NCBI GenBank assembly: GCA_963676835.2
Contig: CAXXFF010000002.1
Coordinates: 992,001 to 1,056,000 of the forward strand
Direction of reading: 5' to 3'
Source: Marispirochaeta sp.
GTDB taxonomy: Bacteria; Spirochaetota; Spirochaetia; JC444; Marispirochaetaceae
DNA: 64,000 nt
Below, piece after piece: positions 29,298 to 38,748 of the stretch (its first letter is position 1; every line of letters begins with the position of its first letter). The notes under the pieces were generated by a model. That model was not told the origin of the DNA, did not search any database, and was given only the letters and a program-made list of their open reading frames with translations. The translations under genes were made by a program, and so were the position numbers.

Positions 29298-30398
29298 ATG
29301 CAGTCGGATATGCAGGAGAGCCGGAACAGCCTTGATCTCCACTTGATTGATAACGCTACGGGAAAGCTTCCCGAGGTTATCGGCGAGATCGATGATCTGG
29401 TGAAGATTGCCGCTAACGGGGATCTTCCCATGCAGGACAGGATCGAAGCCTATGAGGATATTATCGCCTCCGAGGTCGGGGATACCGCCATGCTCCGGGC
29501 CAGGAACATAGAACGTCAGTTTAACTTCCGTCAGCTGTTTCTCAAGTTTGAGGGATCAAATCCATCGGGTTCGCACAAGGACCGGATAGCCTTTGCCCAG
29601 GTGAACGATGCCCTCCGCCGGGGGTATGAAAAGATTGTATTTGCCACCTGCGGCAACTACGGTGTGGCCCTTGCTTTTGCTGCATCCCTCGCGGGGATAG
29701 CCTGCAAAATCTATATCCCAACAGCCTATCATCCCCAGCGGATCCCTGAGATGAAGACCTGGGATGCAGAGATTGTCCGGGCAGGTAATGACTACGAAGA
29801 GGCGGTGTACCTCTCCAGCAGGGAAGCCTTTGACGGGGATTATTACGATGCCAACCCGGGCGGGCAGAATACAGATCTTCAGCTGAAGGCATACGGGGAA
29901 ATCGCCTATGAAATTTATGATGAACTGAGGGATGCTCCCGCGGCGGTGGCAGTTCCGGTCTCCAACGGTACGACCCTGACAGGTATCTACCGGGGATTTG
30001 TGACTCTTTACCGGCGGGGAAAAACTTCCCGGATACCGAAAATTATCGCCGGGTCCACCTCCAACAAGAATCCTATAATTGTCTCATTCAAAAAAAACCT
30101 GGACTCCTGTGAAGATCTTAATCCGGCAAAAATTAAGGAGTCTCCCATAAACGAACCTCTTATAAACTGGCATTCCATCGACGGCACTATGGCTCTGACC
30201 TCTATACGCAACACAGGTGGCTGGGCATCGGATGCGCCGGATAAAAAGATGGCGGAATATGCGGGCTATATAAAAAAACATGAAGGCCTGTCGGTTATTC
30301 CCGCCTCCACCGCAGGGCTGATTGCCCTTTTGGAGTGGAACGCAAAAGAGGCGCTGCCGGGGGACCGCTATGTAGCAGTCCTTACGGGAAGGAGATAA
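29298..30398 (+). CDS. PLP-dependent fold-type II enzyme (threonine synthase-like)
   Basis: LFLKFEGSNPSGSHKDR (PLP lysine), ATCGNYG, VPVSNGTT, VAVLTG. Confidence 0.85.
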   Translation: MQSDMQESRNSLDLHLIDNATGKLPEVIGEIDDLVKIAANGDLPMQDRIEAYEDIIASEVGDTAMLRARNIERQFNFRQLFLKFEGSNPSGSHKDRIAFAQVNDALRRGYEKIVFATCGNYGVALAFAASLAGIACKIYIPTAYHPQRIPEMKTWDAEIVRAGNDYEEAVYLSSREAFDGDYYDANPGGQNTDLQLKAYGEIAYEIYDELRDAPAAVAVPVSNGTTLTGIYRGFVTLYRRGKTSRIPKIIAGSTSNKNPIIVSFKKNLDSCEDLNPAKIKESPINEPLINWHSIDGTMALTSIRNTGGWASDAPDKKMAEYAGYIKKHEGLSVIPASTAGLIALLEWNAKEALPGDRYVAVLTGRR

Positions 30399-30400
30399 GC

Positions 30401-31471
30401 ATGAAACCCGAAGGAAACGCGGTTGTCTACTGCGAAGGGGCATTTACAACAACCTATGGAAAAACCGCCCATGGACTGGTGCGCTTTACCGAGCGCTACC
30501 GGGTGGTGGCTGTAATAGACAGTACCTGCGCCGGCAGAGATGCCGGTGAGGTCCTGGAGCATAGGCCGAAAGATATTCCCCTGATTGAATCTCTTGAAGC
30601 TGCCTTTGATCTTGCCGCGGAGCGGGGGCTTCCCCTGACCCATTTTGTAATCGGTCTTGCTACCGACGGGGGATATGTAACGGATGAAATCCGTGCCGCA
30701 GCCCGGGAAGCTCTGGAAGCAGGCTTGAATGTCGATTCGGGACTGCACGACTATCTTGGGGAAGATGAGGCCTTAATGACACTGGCTGCATCGAAAAAAG
30801 TACAAATCCGGGATATCCGCAAAGCCCCGGCAGATGCAAATCATATGTTTTCGGGTCGCATAAGTGAGGTAGGTGCTCTGCGGGTTGCCCTGCTGGGCAC
30901 CGATTCGGCTGTCGGCAAGCGCACCACCGCCTGGAAAATGGCCCATGGGCTGCAGCAGAAAGGCTATTCTGCGGAGTTTATCGGAACCGGGCAGACTGCC
31001 TGGCTTCAGGGCGCTGAGTTCAGCATTGTGCTGGACAGCCTGATAAACGACTATGTCAGCGGTGAGCTTGAGAATGTGGTTCTGCGGGCCTGGGATGCAA
31101 AGCAGATGGACTTTGCCATTATTGAAGGACAGGGAAGTCTTATGAACCCCGGCTATCCCGGCGGGTTTGAGATACTGGCTGCCTGCAGACCGGACTGCAT
31201 CATTATGCAGCATGCTCCTGCGCGACTTGAGTACGACGGCTTTGCCGGATATCCGGTTGATTCAATTGAAGATCAGATATTTCTGGCGGAGTTCCTGTCA
31301 AAAAAGAAGGTAGTTGCCGTTACGGTTAATGATGAGAATATCTCTGTTGAAAATATTGATCAGGAATGTGAAAAGCTCAGGGATCGAACCGGCCTTCCGG
31401 TAGTTGCTCCTCTGCATCATAGCCTTGATCCTGTTATTTCTTGTCTGGAAGAACTCCGTCGGGCCAAATGA
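30401..31471 (+). CDS. DUF1611 protein (DgcN-like, putative D-amino acid N-acetyltransferase)
   Basis: GKTAHGLVRF, SGLH, GTDSAVGKRTT, GTGQT, IEGQGSL. Confidence 0.88.
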   Translation: MKPEGNAVVYCEGAFTTTYGKTAHGLVRFTERYRVVAVIDSTCAGRDAGEVLEHRPKDIPLIESLEAAFDLAAERGLPLTHFVIGLATDGGYVTDEIRAAAREALEAGLNVDSGLHDYLGEDEALMTLAASKKVQIRDIRKAPADANHMFSGRISEVGALRVALLGTDSAVGKRTTAWKMAHGLQQKGYSAEFIGTGQTAWLQGAEFSIVLDSLINDYVSGELENVVLRAWDAKQMDFAIIEGQGSLMNPGYPGGFEILAACRPDCIIMQHAPARLEYDGFAGYPVDSIEDQIFLAEFLSKKKVVAVTVNDENISVENIDQECEKLRDRTGLPVVAPLHHSLDPVISCLEELRRAK

Positions 31472-32529
31472 AAATAACCTCTGTTGAACTTATCCGGCTC
31501 TCTATGGAGATGGCGGAGCCGTATCAGGTGGCCTACAACACCTTTACCAGGGCGGAGAATATTCTTATTCGGATTACCGCCGGAGGGATAGACGGCTGGG
31601 GCTGTATTGCCCCCGACCCTGATGTTACCGGTGAAGATCTTTTGGAAATTCACGGGACAGCAGAAACAATTCTGCCCGGACTTTTGAAGGGTGAAGATGC
31701 CATGCGCCGGGCTTTTATTCTGAACAGACTGAGAAAGCAGACTCCCGGCCTGTTCAGCCTTCATTCTGGAGTTGATATCGCCCTCTGGGATCTGCTGGGA
31801 AAAAAGGCGGGACTGCCGGTTTGGAAGATTCTCGGCGGTTACCGGGAAAAGATAAAAACCAGTGTAACCATCGGTATCTGCGGAGTGCCGGATACGATCA
31901 AACAGGCGGATGCGTTTCTTCGGGAGGGCTGGCAGATACTCAAAATTAAAGGCGGATTGAATGTGGAAACTGATATTATCCGCCTTCATGAATTGCGGGG
32001 AAAATACGGGCAGAAGCTGCGTATCCGCTTTGATGCCAACCAGGGCTATTCCCAGGAGGAGGCCCTGTACTTTGTTGAAAAGACACGGGAGCTTCAGGTT
32101 GAGCTTTTGGAGCAGCCGACCCGGAAGTCCCGGCCGGACCTGTTGGGAATTGTTACCCGGGGATCGGCAATCCCCATAATGGCCGATGAAAGCCTGGTCT
32201 CTCTGGTTGATGCCTTCCATCTGGTAAAACATGGGCTGGTGGATCTGATGAATATAAAGCTGATGAAGACCGGGGGAATTACCGAAGCAGTACAGGTCGA
32301 TGCCGTTGCGCGGGCTGCCGGTGTGGAGGTTATGGTGGGATGTATGGATGAGGCCGCCCTCGGAGTAGCTGCAGGGCTTCATTTTGCCCTGAGCCGTAAA
32401 AACATCCGCTTTGCCGATCTGGACGGCCATTTCGGCCTTAAGGGCGATCCCTCTGCCGGACTCATTGCAAGCAGAAACGGCTATCTGTACCCATCCAACA
32501 ATCCGGGCTTCGGGTGGGCCGGGTTGTAG
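31468..32529 (+). CDS. Enolase-superfamily dipeptide epimerase (AEE/DgcA-like)
   Basis: KIK, DANQG, EQP, DES, NIKLMK, GCM, DLD. ATGA overlap with DUF1611. Confidence 0.9.
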   Translation: MKITSVELIRLSMEMAEPYQVAYNTFTRAENILIRITAGGIDGWGCIAPDPDVTGEDLLEIHGTAETILPGLLKGEDAMRRAFILNRLRKQTPGLFSLHSGVDIALWDLLGKKAGLPVWKILGGYREKIKTSVTIGICGVPDTIKQADAFLREGWQILKIKGGLNVETDIIRLHELRGKYGQKLRIRFDANQGYSQEEALYFVEKTRELQVELLEQPTRKSRPDLLGIVTRGSAIPIMADESLVSLVDAFHLVKHGLVDLMNIKLMKTGGITEAVQVDAVARAAGVEVMVGCMDEAALGVAAGLHFALSRKNIRFADLDGHFGLKGDPSAGLIASRNGYLYPSNNPGFGWAGL

Positions 32530-32653
32530 TCGCCGGATATCAGCGGCCTGTATTTTTAGAACTGTAATCCGTCAGTTCCATTACTGTTGTAATAAAATAG
32601 AGAGGTATGTTGTGTTCATCACGCCGGAATACGGCACTCACTTCCCTGAAATG

Positions 32654-33604
32654 CTATAATAGCAAAAAAAATAAATATCCAGTATAAATCACAATAAAAA
32701 TCAGACCTTCCCATCTTTCCAACTTTCGCCCTTTGCCTGTAAAAATGAAAGCGAACAATAAAATGCTTATGAAAATATTCAATAAAGCGTCATAAAATGT
32801 ATCTCTCAAAACAGGCAGTGGATTCACAACCGCAGTTAATCCTAGGATAAAGAACACATTAAATATATTTGAACCGACCACGTTGCCTATGGCAATGTCT
32901 ACATTCTTTTTTCTGACTGCAACTATTGAAGTTGCCAGTTCTGGTAATGATGTTCCTATGGAAACTATGGTAAGTGCGATAACTCTTTCAGAAATACCTA
33001 AATTCCTCGCAAAACCGGATGCTGAATCAACTACAATTTTTCCACCAAATATCAGGAGAGAAAAGCCCAAAGCCAATAGCAGAAATGTAATAGGTAGCGA
33101 ATAGTCTTTTACTTCTATATCTTCTGCAATCTCATTATTTAAGGTCAATTTAATATTGTATGAAATAAATACTAGAAAAAACAGCAATAGAATAATACCG
33201 TCAACTCTTGAAATAATTGAGATATCTGACTTGTCTATCACCACATCATTACCTAATACAAAAATCACCACTGCAGCCAATAAACAAAGCGGGATTTCAA
33301 TCCATGTTGTGTTGGTTTTTACAACTAGCGGGGTGATAACTGCAGAGATACCCAATATTCCTAGAATATTAAAAATATTGCTGCCTAAAATGTTCCCCAG
33401 TGCAATATCTGTATTATTATTAATCGCAGCAAATATATTGACTACCAATTCCGGAGCTGATGTTCCAAACGCTACTATTGTTAATCCGATCACAATGTTT
33501 GGTATATTCAATCTTTTAGCAATTGCTGAAGCGCTATTTACCAAAAAATCGGCACCAGAAATGAGTAAAGCAAATCCAATCAATATAAAAAACACATTTA
33601 GCAT
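32654..33604 (-). CDS. Calcium/sodium antiporter (YrbG/CaCA family)
   Basis: Two alpha repeats: GTSAPEL/GNILGSNIFN and GTSLPEL/GNVVGSNIFN. Confidence 0.93.
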   Translation of the reverse strand: MLNVFFILIGFALLISGADFLVNSASAIAKRLNIPNIVIGLTIVAFGTSAPELVVNIFAAINNNTDIALGNILGSNIFNILGILGISAVITPLVVKTNTTWIEIPLCLLAAVVIFVLGNDVVIDKSDISIISRVDGIILLLFFLVFISYNIKLTLNNEIAEDIEVKDYSLPITFLLLALGFSLLIFGGKIVVDSASGFARNLGISERVIALTIVSIGTSLPELATSIVAVRKKNVDIAIGNVVGSNIFNVFFILGLTAVVNPLPVLRDTFYDALLNIFISILLFAFIFTGKGRKLERWEGLIFIVIYTGYLFFLLL

Positions 33605-33877
33605 ATCATTTGCCTCAAAAAATAATTGTTCTAGTTTATTATACTATTCTCGAGCTATAGTTGGCGAGAGCTGAAGCTATTCATTACATCTTCCTGTATC
33701 TTATCTGCCGAAATACCAGGGAGGCCAAGTACGATATACAGTTTCCATGTATAACAACATCTTCTATTCCGGTGGCTCTCTGCTTCTCTTCACGTCAATA
33801 TACCTCACATGAGGTATTTTCTTCTGCTTTTCCGGATCATAAAATAATGCGGTCAGTAAAAACGGAAGGAGAAATGT

Positions 33878-34300
33878 ATGCTTACAAAAGAAGCCATCGG
33901 AGAAAATATTGTTATTGCAGAGATAAAAACAGACTCGTGTATTTCCAATGCCGAAGGGAAGTTCAATGAGCGGGATCTTGCTGTTGCCTTTACCGAAGCT
34001 CTGCAGAAACAGCTGGAAAAACGTAAGTTCTCTGTCGGTTCCGGCGGGAAGGTCGTAATTGAGGGCGAACTTACCAAGGTTGATATCGGTAACCGTTTTA
34101 TCCGCTATATTACCTTAAGCTTTTCCGGAAAAGTTCATGTGGCATTCAAAGGAAAGGTTATGCAGGATGGCAATGTCCTGCGCGAGTTTGATATAGAAGT
34201 TCCCCATACTTCAATGAGCTGGATTCATACTCCCCGGTTTCTCTGCACCCAGGCTGCCAAAGGCTGTGCCTTAAAGCTTGCCAAAATGTTCGAGAAATAA
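33878..34300 (+). CDS. Hypothetical protein (DUF4410-like)
   Basis: AAGGAG RBS. IEGELTKVDIGNRFIRY pattern. Confidence 0.55.
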   Translation: MLTKEAIGENIVIAEIKTDSCISNAEGKFNERDLAVAFTEALQKQLEKRKFSVGSGGKVVIEGELTKVDIGNRFIRYITLSFSGKVHVAFKGKVMQDGNVLREFDIEVPHTSMSWIHTPRFLCTQAAKGCALKLAKMFEK

Positions 34301-34303
34301 GCC

Positions 34304-34633
34304 ATGGATTCCAGGCCCAAAGCTCTAATAGAACTTAAATCCGGAAAGATTCCCAGGGAACAGATTGTCAGCCAGGCGGTTGAAATGGGTGCAGATCGGG
34401 AAGAGGCGGAAAGGCTGTATCTGCAGCTGATGCGGAAAAAGCACAAGCTCTACTCCCGCTTAACCTTCTGGGGCGCCGTGGCTCTTGCGGTGGGGCTGCT
34501 AGTCTCCTGGGTTGGCACCAGTTCGGACGCCTATATCTACTTCTACTACTGGGGCCCCATAGTTGCGGGAGCCCTTGTGTGCATAAGCGGGGTTGTTCTC
34601 AAGCAGAAACTGCGGGCGGTGGAAAGAGACTGA
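34304..34633 (+). CDS. Hypothetical membrane protein
   Basis: Two TM helices (YYWGPIVAG). Starts 3 nt after the previous gene. Confidence 0.6.
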   Translation: MDSRPKALIELKSGKIPREQIVSQAVEMGADREEAERLYLQLMRKKHKLYSRLTFWGAVALAVGLLVSWVGTSSDAYIYFYYWGPIVAGALVCISGVVLKQKLRAVERD

Positions 34634-34652
34634 GTTTTCAGAGAGCTAATCC

Positions 34653-35354
34653 TTATACGTTGAAAACGGTGTAATACCGTTCAAACTCGGACAGAGAGCT
34701 TGTTTCCAGTTTTGCACAGATATTCTTCCGGTGGGTCCGGACGGTGTGGTAGGAAATCTTCAGCAGTTCGCCGATGGTTTTCGACTCCTTGCCGTTTACC
34801 ACCAGGGAGAGTATCTCTTTTTCTCTTTCCGTCAGAGATTGATAGCGGTGGTAATTCCTGTTGTAAAACTCGTAGCTGCTTTCAATTATTGATGTAATAA
34901 ATGACTCTTCGGCGAGGGTCTCCAGGGGCTGACTGAATGAGAGTACCTTATCCGGTCCGTAGAGTTTCGAACTGGTATAAAATAGCTGAAACGGCAGTTT
35001 CTTTCGGGGGTAGTGGAGCCTCTGCAGGTGGCTGTACAGGCGGTCTTTATTTTCCGGCTGGAGAAAAAACTCACGCTTTTTTAAAAAGGTATGCTGGCTT
35101 TTAGTGTCGGTTATCTCTTCCAGAAATGCGGGGCCTAGGTTTATTATCTCATACAGGTCACGCTCGAAAATATCCAGGGCTTTATTGGAAAGATAAAGAA
35201 TCCCTCCGTTTGTATTGCTGTTGAGGTGAATGTATCCGGGAATCAGTTCTCCCATCTCATCGAAGCTGACAATCCCCTTTTTCTCAAGAATCTCGCAGTA
35301 GCTTAAATCCATCCGCGCCCGGGCAATCATTTCAGCTTCGGTATACTTTTTCAT
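34653..35354 (-). CDS. LuxR-type HTH regulator with PAS-like N-terminus
   Basis: LTEREKEIL...G.ESKTIGELLKISYHTVRTHRKNI..KL. Confidence 0.85.
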   Translation of the reverse strand: MKKYTEAEMIARARMDLSYCEILEKKGIVSFDEMGELIPGYIHLNSNTNGGILYLSNKALDIFERDLYEIINLGPAFLEEITDTKSQHTFLKKREFFLQPENKDRLYSHLQRLHYPRKKLPFQLFYTSSKLYGPDKVLSFSQPLETLAEESFITSIIESSYEFYNRNYHRYQSLTEREKEILSLVVNGKESKTIGELLKISYHTVRTHRKNICAKLETSSLSEFERYYTVFNV

Positions 35355-35475
35355 GCTGCGCAATACTATCACATTTATTACGTTTTTGTAAAATCAAGAC
35401 AGGCTTGTTCGGATGTACTGACTGGAAGAAACAGGAAAACTTGCAGATTTGAAGCCGATTCCCTATATTTATAGG

Positions 35476-36867
35476 GTGAAAACAGAAAAACAGCTGAAAG
35501 TAGTAATTTTATCTATTTTTTTCCTGCAGATTCTTTTGAGCTCCTGCACTCCCGGCAAGGATAGTGAAGCAGGGGGTTCTTTCGGAAATATGTCGCCTGA
35601 GAATCCTCAGGTGCTTGTGGTCTGGAACCACGAATACCCCACCTATAATCAGGCCATGCGGGAAAAATGGATTCCCGAGTTTGAGGCATCCCATCCGGGG
35701 GTTACAATACAGTACGAAGTTTTTCCCTATTCCGGAGATATTGTCACCTTCGATACCAAGCTGCTGACCTCAGTTTCCGGCGGGACCGGGCCGGATGTCT
35801 GGTCCATGGCAAGTCACAATTTTTCCCAGGCCGGATATATCGATCTTGGTTTGATTTTCCCTCTGGATCCTGCGGTTTTCGGATACGAATCAACCGAAGA
35901 GATGGTAAAAGACTATCCTCCCCGGACTCTGGATGTTTTTTTGCGGGATAACAAGCTCTATGCCCTTATTGGTGAATTGACCAGCCTCTCTCTGTTTTAC
36001 AATAAAACCATGTTCCGGGAGACCGGGATTCCATATCTGCCGGAGGACCGTCCGGTAAGCTGGCAAACCATAGCGGATATCAGTCAGCAGCTGCTGGAGC
36101 TGAATCCCGAAACAGGTACCCCGGAGAAGATGGGCTATCAGTTCGGGTTCTTTGCCAACTATCCAGCCCTCGAATGGTACATCCAGGATTTTTATCCGGT
36201 CATGCGGCAGTTCGGACAGCACGAACTCTTTCTTGACGGGGCTCCTGCGGGAAATACCCCGGCCATGATAAGCGCCCTGCGCCTTTTTTATGATTTTACC
36301 CATACCTATAAAGCCTACGATCCCTATTTTGTCACCAACTGGTTTGAGGATTTTGCATCCGGCAGGGTGGCAATGGTAACTGCAGGATCCTGGTATCCCT
36401 CGGTTATTAAAAATATCAATCCCGAAATTGATTTCGGCTGTGTGCCTCACCCGGTTACCAATCTGGATAATACAGATACCTATCATTCCATTATGTATTC
36501 CTTCGGATGGGCGGTGAATGCCGGAGCAGAACCGGAACTGCAGAAAACCGGGCAGGAGTTTATTGCCTTTATTCTGGGCAAAAAAGGTGAAATAGAGCAG
36601 GCTAACTGGTGGCTTGAAAATGTCGGAATGTTTCAACCCCGAATAGACTTTCTTGAGTCGTCTGATTTTCTGCGGGTTGTGGCTGAAGATCCATGGATGA
36701 AGCAGTTTGTTGATATCTTCGATAGCTTTTCGGTGGACTATTATCAGCATTCGTCCAGTGAAGAAGGCAGAGCACTTGTCCGGGCTATAAACCGGGTGGT
36801 GTATAACCGGATGCAGCCACGGGAGAGCGCGGATCTTCTGCAGAATGAGCTCCTGCTTATGCAGTAA
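35476..36867 (+). CDS. Extracellular solute-binding lipoprotein (family 1)
   Basis: Lipobox LSSC. FEASHPGVTI, GPDV, LFYNKTMF, FASGRVAM..AGSW. Confidence 0.85.
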   Translation: MKTEKQLKVVILSIFFLQILLSSCTPGKDSEAGGSFGNMSPENPQVLVVWNHEYPTYNQAMREKWIPEFEASHPGVTIQYEVFPYSGDIVTFDTKLLTSVSGGTGPDVWSMASHNFSQAGYIDLGLIFPLDPAVFGYESTEEMVKDYPPRTLDVFLRDNKLYALIGELTSLSLFYNKTMFRETGIPYLPEDRPVSWQTIADISQQLLELNPETGTPEKMGYQFGFFANYPALEWYIQDFYPVMRQFGQHELFLDGAPAGNTPAMISALRLFYDFTHTYKAYDPYFVTNWFEDFASGRVAMVTAGSWYPSVIKNINPEIDFGCVPHPVTNLDNTDTYHSIMYSFGWAVNAGAEPELQKTGQEFIAFILGKKGEIEQANWWLENVGMFQPRIDFLESSDFLRVVAEDPWMKQFVDIFDSFSVDYYQHSSSEEGRALVRAINRVVYNRMQPRESADLLQNELLLMQ

Positions 36868-36873
36868 ATACGG

Positions 36874-38724
36874 TTGTATCGTGTGACAGAATATCTCTGG
36901 AAAAAGTGGAATAATCTCTCCATCGGCAGCAAGATAAGTCTCTCCTTCGGTGTTGTTCTGCTCATTGTTATCCTTGAGTTTTCAATCGGTACAACCGGGC
37001 TTATTCGTATACAGAAGGTTGATGATACAATCTTAAGCGCCGCAACAAGTCAGCGTCTGGTTCTTACTGTCAGCCGTAACTGGGAGAGGGTTAAACGGTT
37101 CAGTGCACTGTTTTTTCTTCAGTATCCGGAACTCGGGCCAGACCGGAGTTTTTCCATGTTTGCCCTGCCTGCGGGCAGCAGTATTGATGAGATTATCCGG
37201 GATATGGTGCAGCTGAAACAGACTGCAGAACAGGCAGAAGCCTCACATTTTCTCAGCAGAAATATTGGACTGATAAACAGGATCCTGGATAATACCGACT
37301 TGTACCTGCAGGGATTCAAGCAGGGATCAGCTCTGGTGCGCCAGTCCGCAGTCGACGGTAACGGTAAGTCACTGGCGCGGGTAATTAAGGAAAAAGAAGA
37401 TACCCTGAAAAATCTTGATCAGGATATTGAAGCTGAAATAGCTGCATTGCTGGCCAGTTTTCAGGAAGAGGTTCGTAATGCCGAGCAGCGAATCTCGGAT
37501 ATCCGCCATCAGACAACACTTATGTTTGTGGCCATGATTATTCTAAGTATTCTTGCAATCATTTTCATCTCTCTGATCCTGAGGCAGAGTATTACCCGGA
37601 AAATAGTTGGTTTAACCCGGGCAGCAGAGACCCTTGAAGAGGGAGATTTGAGCATCGTTCTGCCGGTAAGCAGCAATGATGAACTGGGTCGTCTCTACGG
37701 AACTTTCAACACCATGGCCGGAAAACTTCAGAAGATATTTACCCGTCTGACGGTTTTGCATCAGGCCAGCTACAATGTTTCCGATAACCTTGATGAACAG
37801 CATGTAATTGAGGTTTCTCTTGAAGCAGTACAGAAAATCTGCAGTCCCGAATTTGCCTGTATATGGCTGCTTGAAAACGGAACCCCGGTTGTAAAGGGCT
37901 GCCGGGGAGATTCCGGGCGGGGAGAGAAGCGGTCCCCCTTTTTGGATTTTCAGGATGACAGTATACCTCTTGATGCCCGCTGCTGGGAAAGTGAGGTTCG
38001 TAATGTTGTTAATGAAACTGATACCTCAGCTGAGGCGGTGATTCCTCTTGTCCTGGGAGACCGCTTTCTCGGGGTGCTGCATATTCAGTCGGGGAAACAG
38101 GATTTCTTCAGTAAGGATGTAGTTGAGATTCTTGAGCTGCTTTCTGCCCATACTGCGCTGGGCATAACCAATTCCCGGCGTTTTGATGAGAAGGACCGTC
38201 AGGCCAGGATCGATCTGCTTACGGGTTTGAACAATCGCCGGGGAATGTACGAATATGGAACCCGGGATATCCAACGCTGTTTAAGGTTGGGGCGGCCGGT
38301 CTCGGCTATTTTCATGGATATAGATTTTTTCAAGCAGTTTAATGACCGGTACAGCTATGAAACGGGAGATCTTGTTCTGCAGCGAGTTTCGGCAGTTTTT
38401 AAGGAGAGTATGCGCAGTATCGATATCCTGTCCCGTTTCGGAGGGGAAGAGTTTGTTGCCATACTCCCGGAGCTGGAACTGAAAGATGCGGTTGAAGTAG
38501 CCGAGCGTCTGCGCAGGACGATAAATGAGCAGAAGATATATTCAGATTTTGGTGAACTTTCCATAACAGTAAGCCTGGGCGTTGCCGCAGCGGGAGAAAC
38601 TTCCGGGGATTTTCCGGGAACAGATGCTGCTGTATATCTGGATAAACTGTTGGCAGAGGCCGGACTGCTTCTGCACAAGGCAAAAGAGAACGGCCGTAAC
38701 AGAGTGGAGTCCGGAATAGAATAG
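36874..38724 (+). CDS. Diguanylate cyclase (TM-HAMP-GAF-GGDEF)
   Basis: DLLTGLNNRR, DIDFFKQFND, RSID I-site, RFGGEEF. Confidence 0.9.
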   Translation: MYRVTEYLWKKWNNLSIGSKISLSFGVVLLIVILEFSIGTTGLIRIQKVDDTILSAATSQRLVLTVSRNWERVKRFSALFFLQYPELGPDRSFSMFALPAGSSIDEIIRDMVQLKQTAEQAEASHFLSRNIGLINRILDNTDLYLQGFKQGSALVRQSAVDGNGKSLARVIKEKEDTLKNLDQDIEAEIAALLASFQEEVRNAEQRISDIRHQTTLMFVAMIILSILAIIFISLILRQSITRKIVGLTRAAETLEEGDLSIVLPVSSNDELGRLYGTFNTMAGKLQKIFTRLTVLHQASYNVSDNLDEQHVIEVSLEAVQKICSPEFACIWLLENGTPVVKGCRGDSGRGEKRSPFLDFQDDSIPLDARCWESEVRNVVNETDTSAEAVIPLVLGDRFLGVLHIQSGKQDFFSKDVVEILELLSAHTALGITNSRRFDEKDRQARIDLLTGLNNRRGMYEYGTRDIQRCLRLGRPVSAIFMDIDFFKQFNDRYSYETGDLVLQRVSAVFKESMRSIDILSRFGGEEFVAILPELELKDAVEVAERLRRTINEQKIYSDFGELSITVSLGVAAAGETSGDFPGTDAAVYLDKLLAEAGLLLHKAKENGRNRVESGIE

Positions 38725-38748
38725 TTCGTAGACTGAGTTCAGGCAGGG

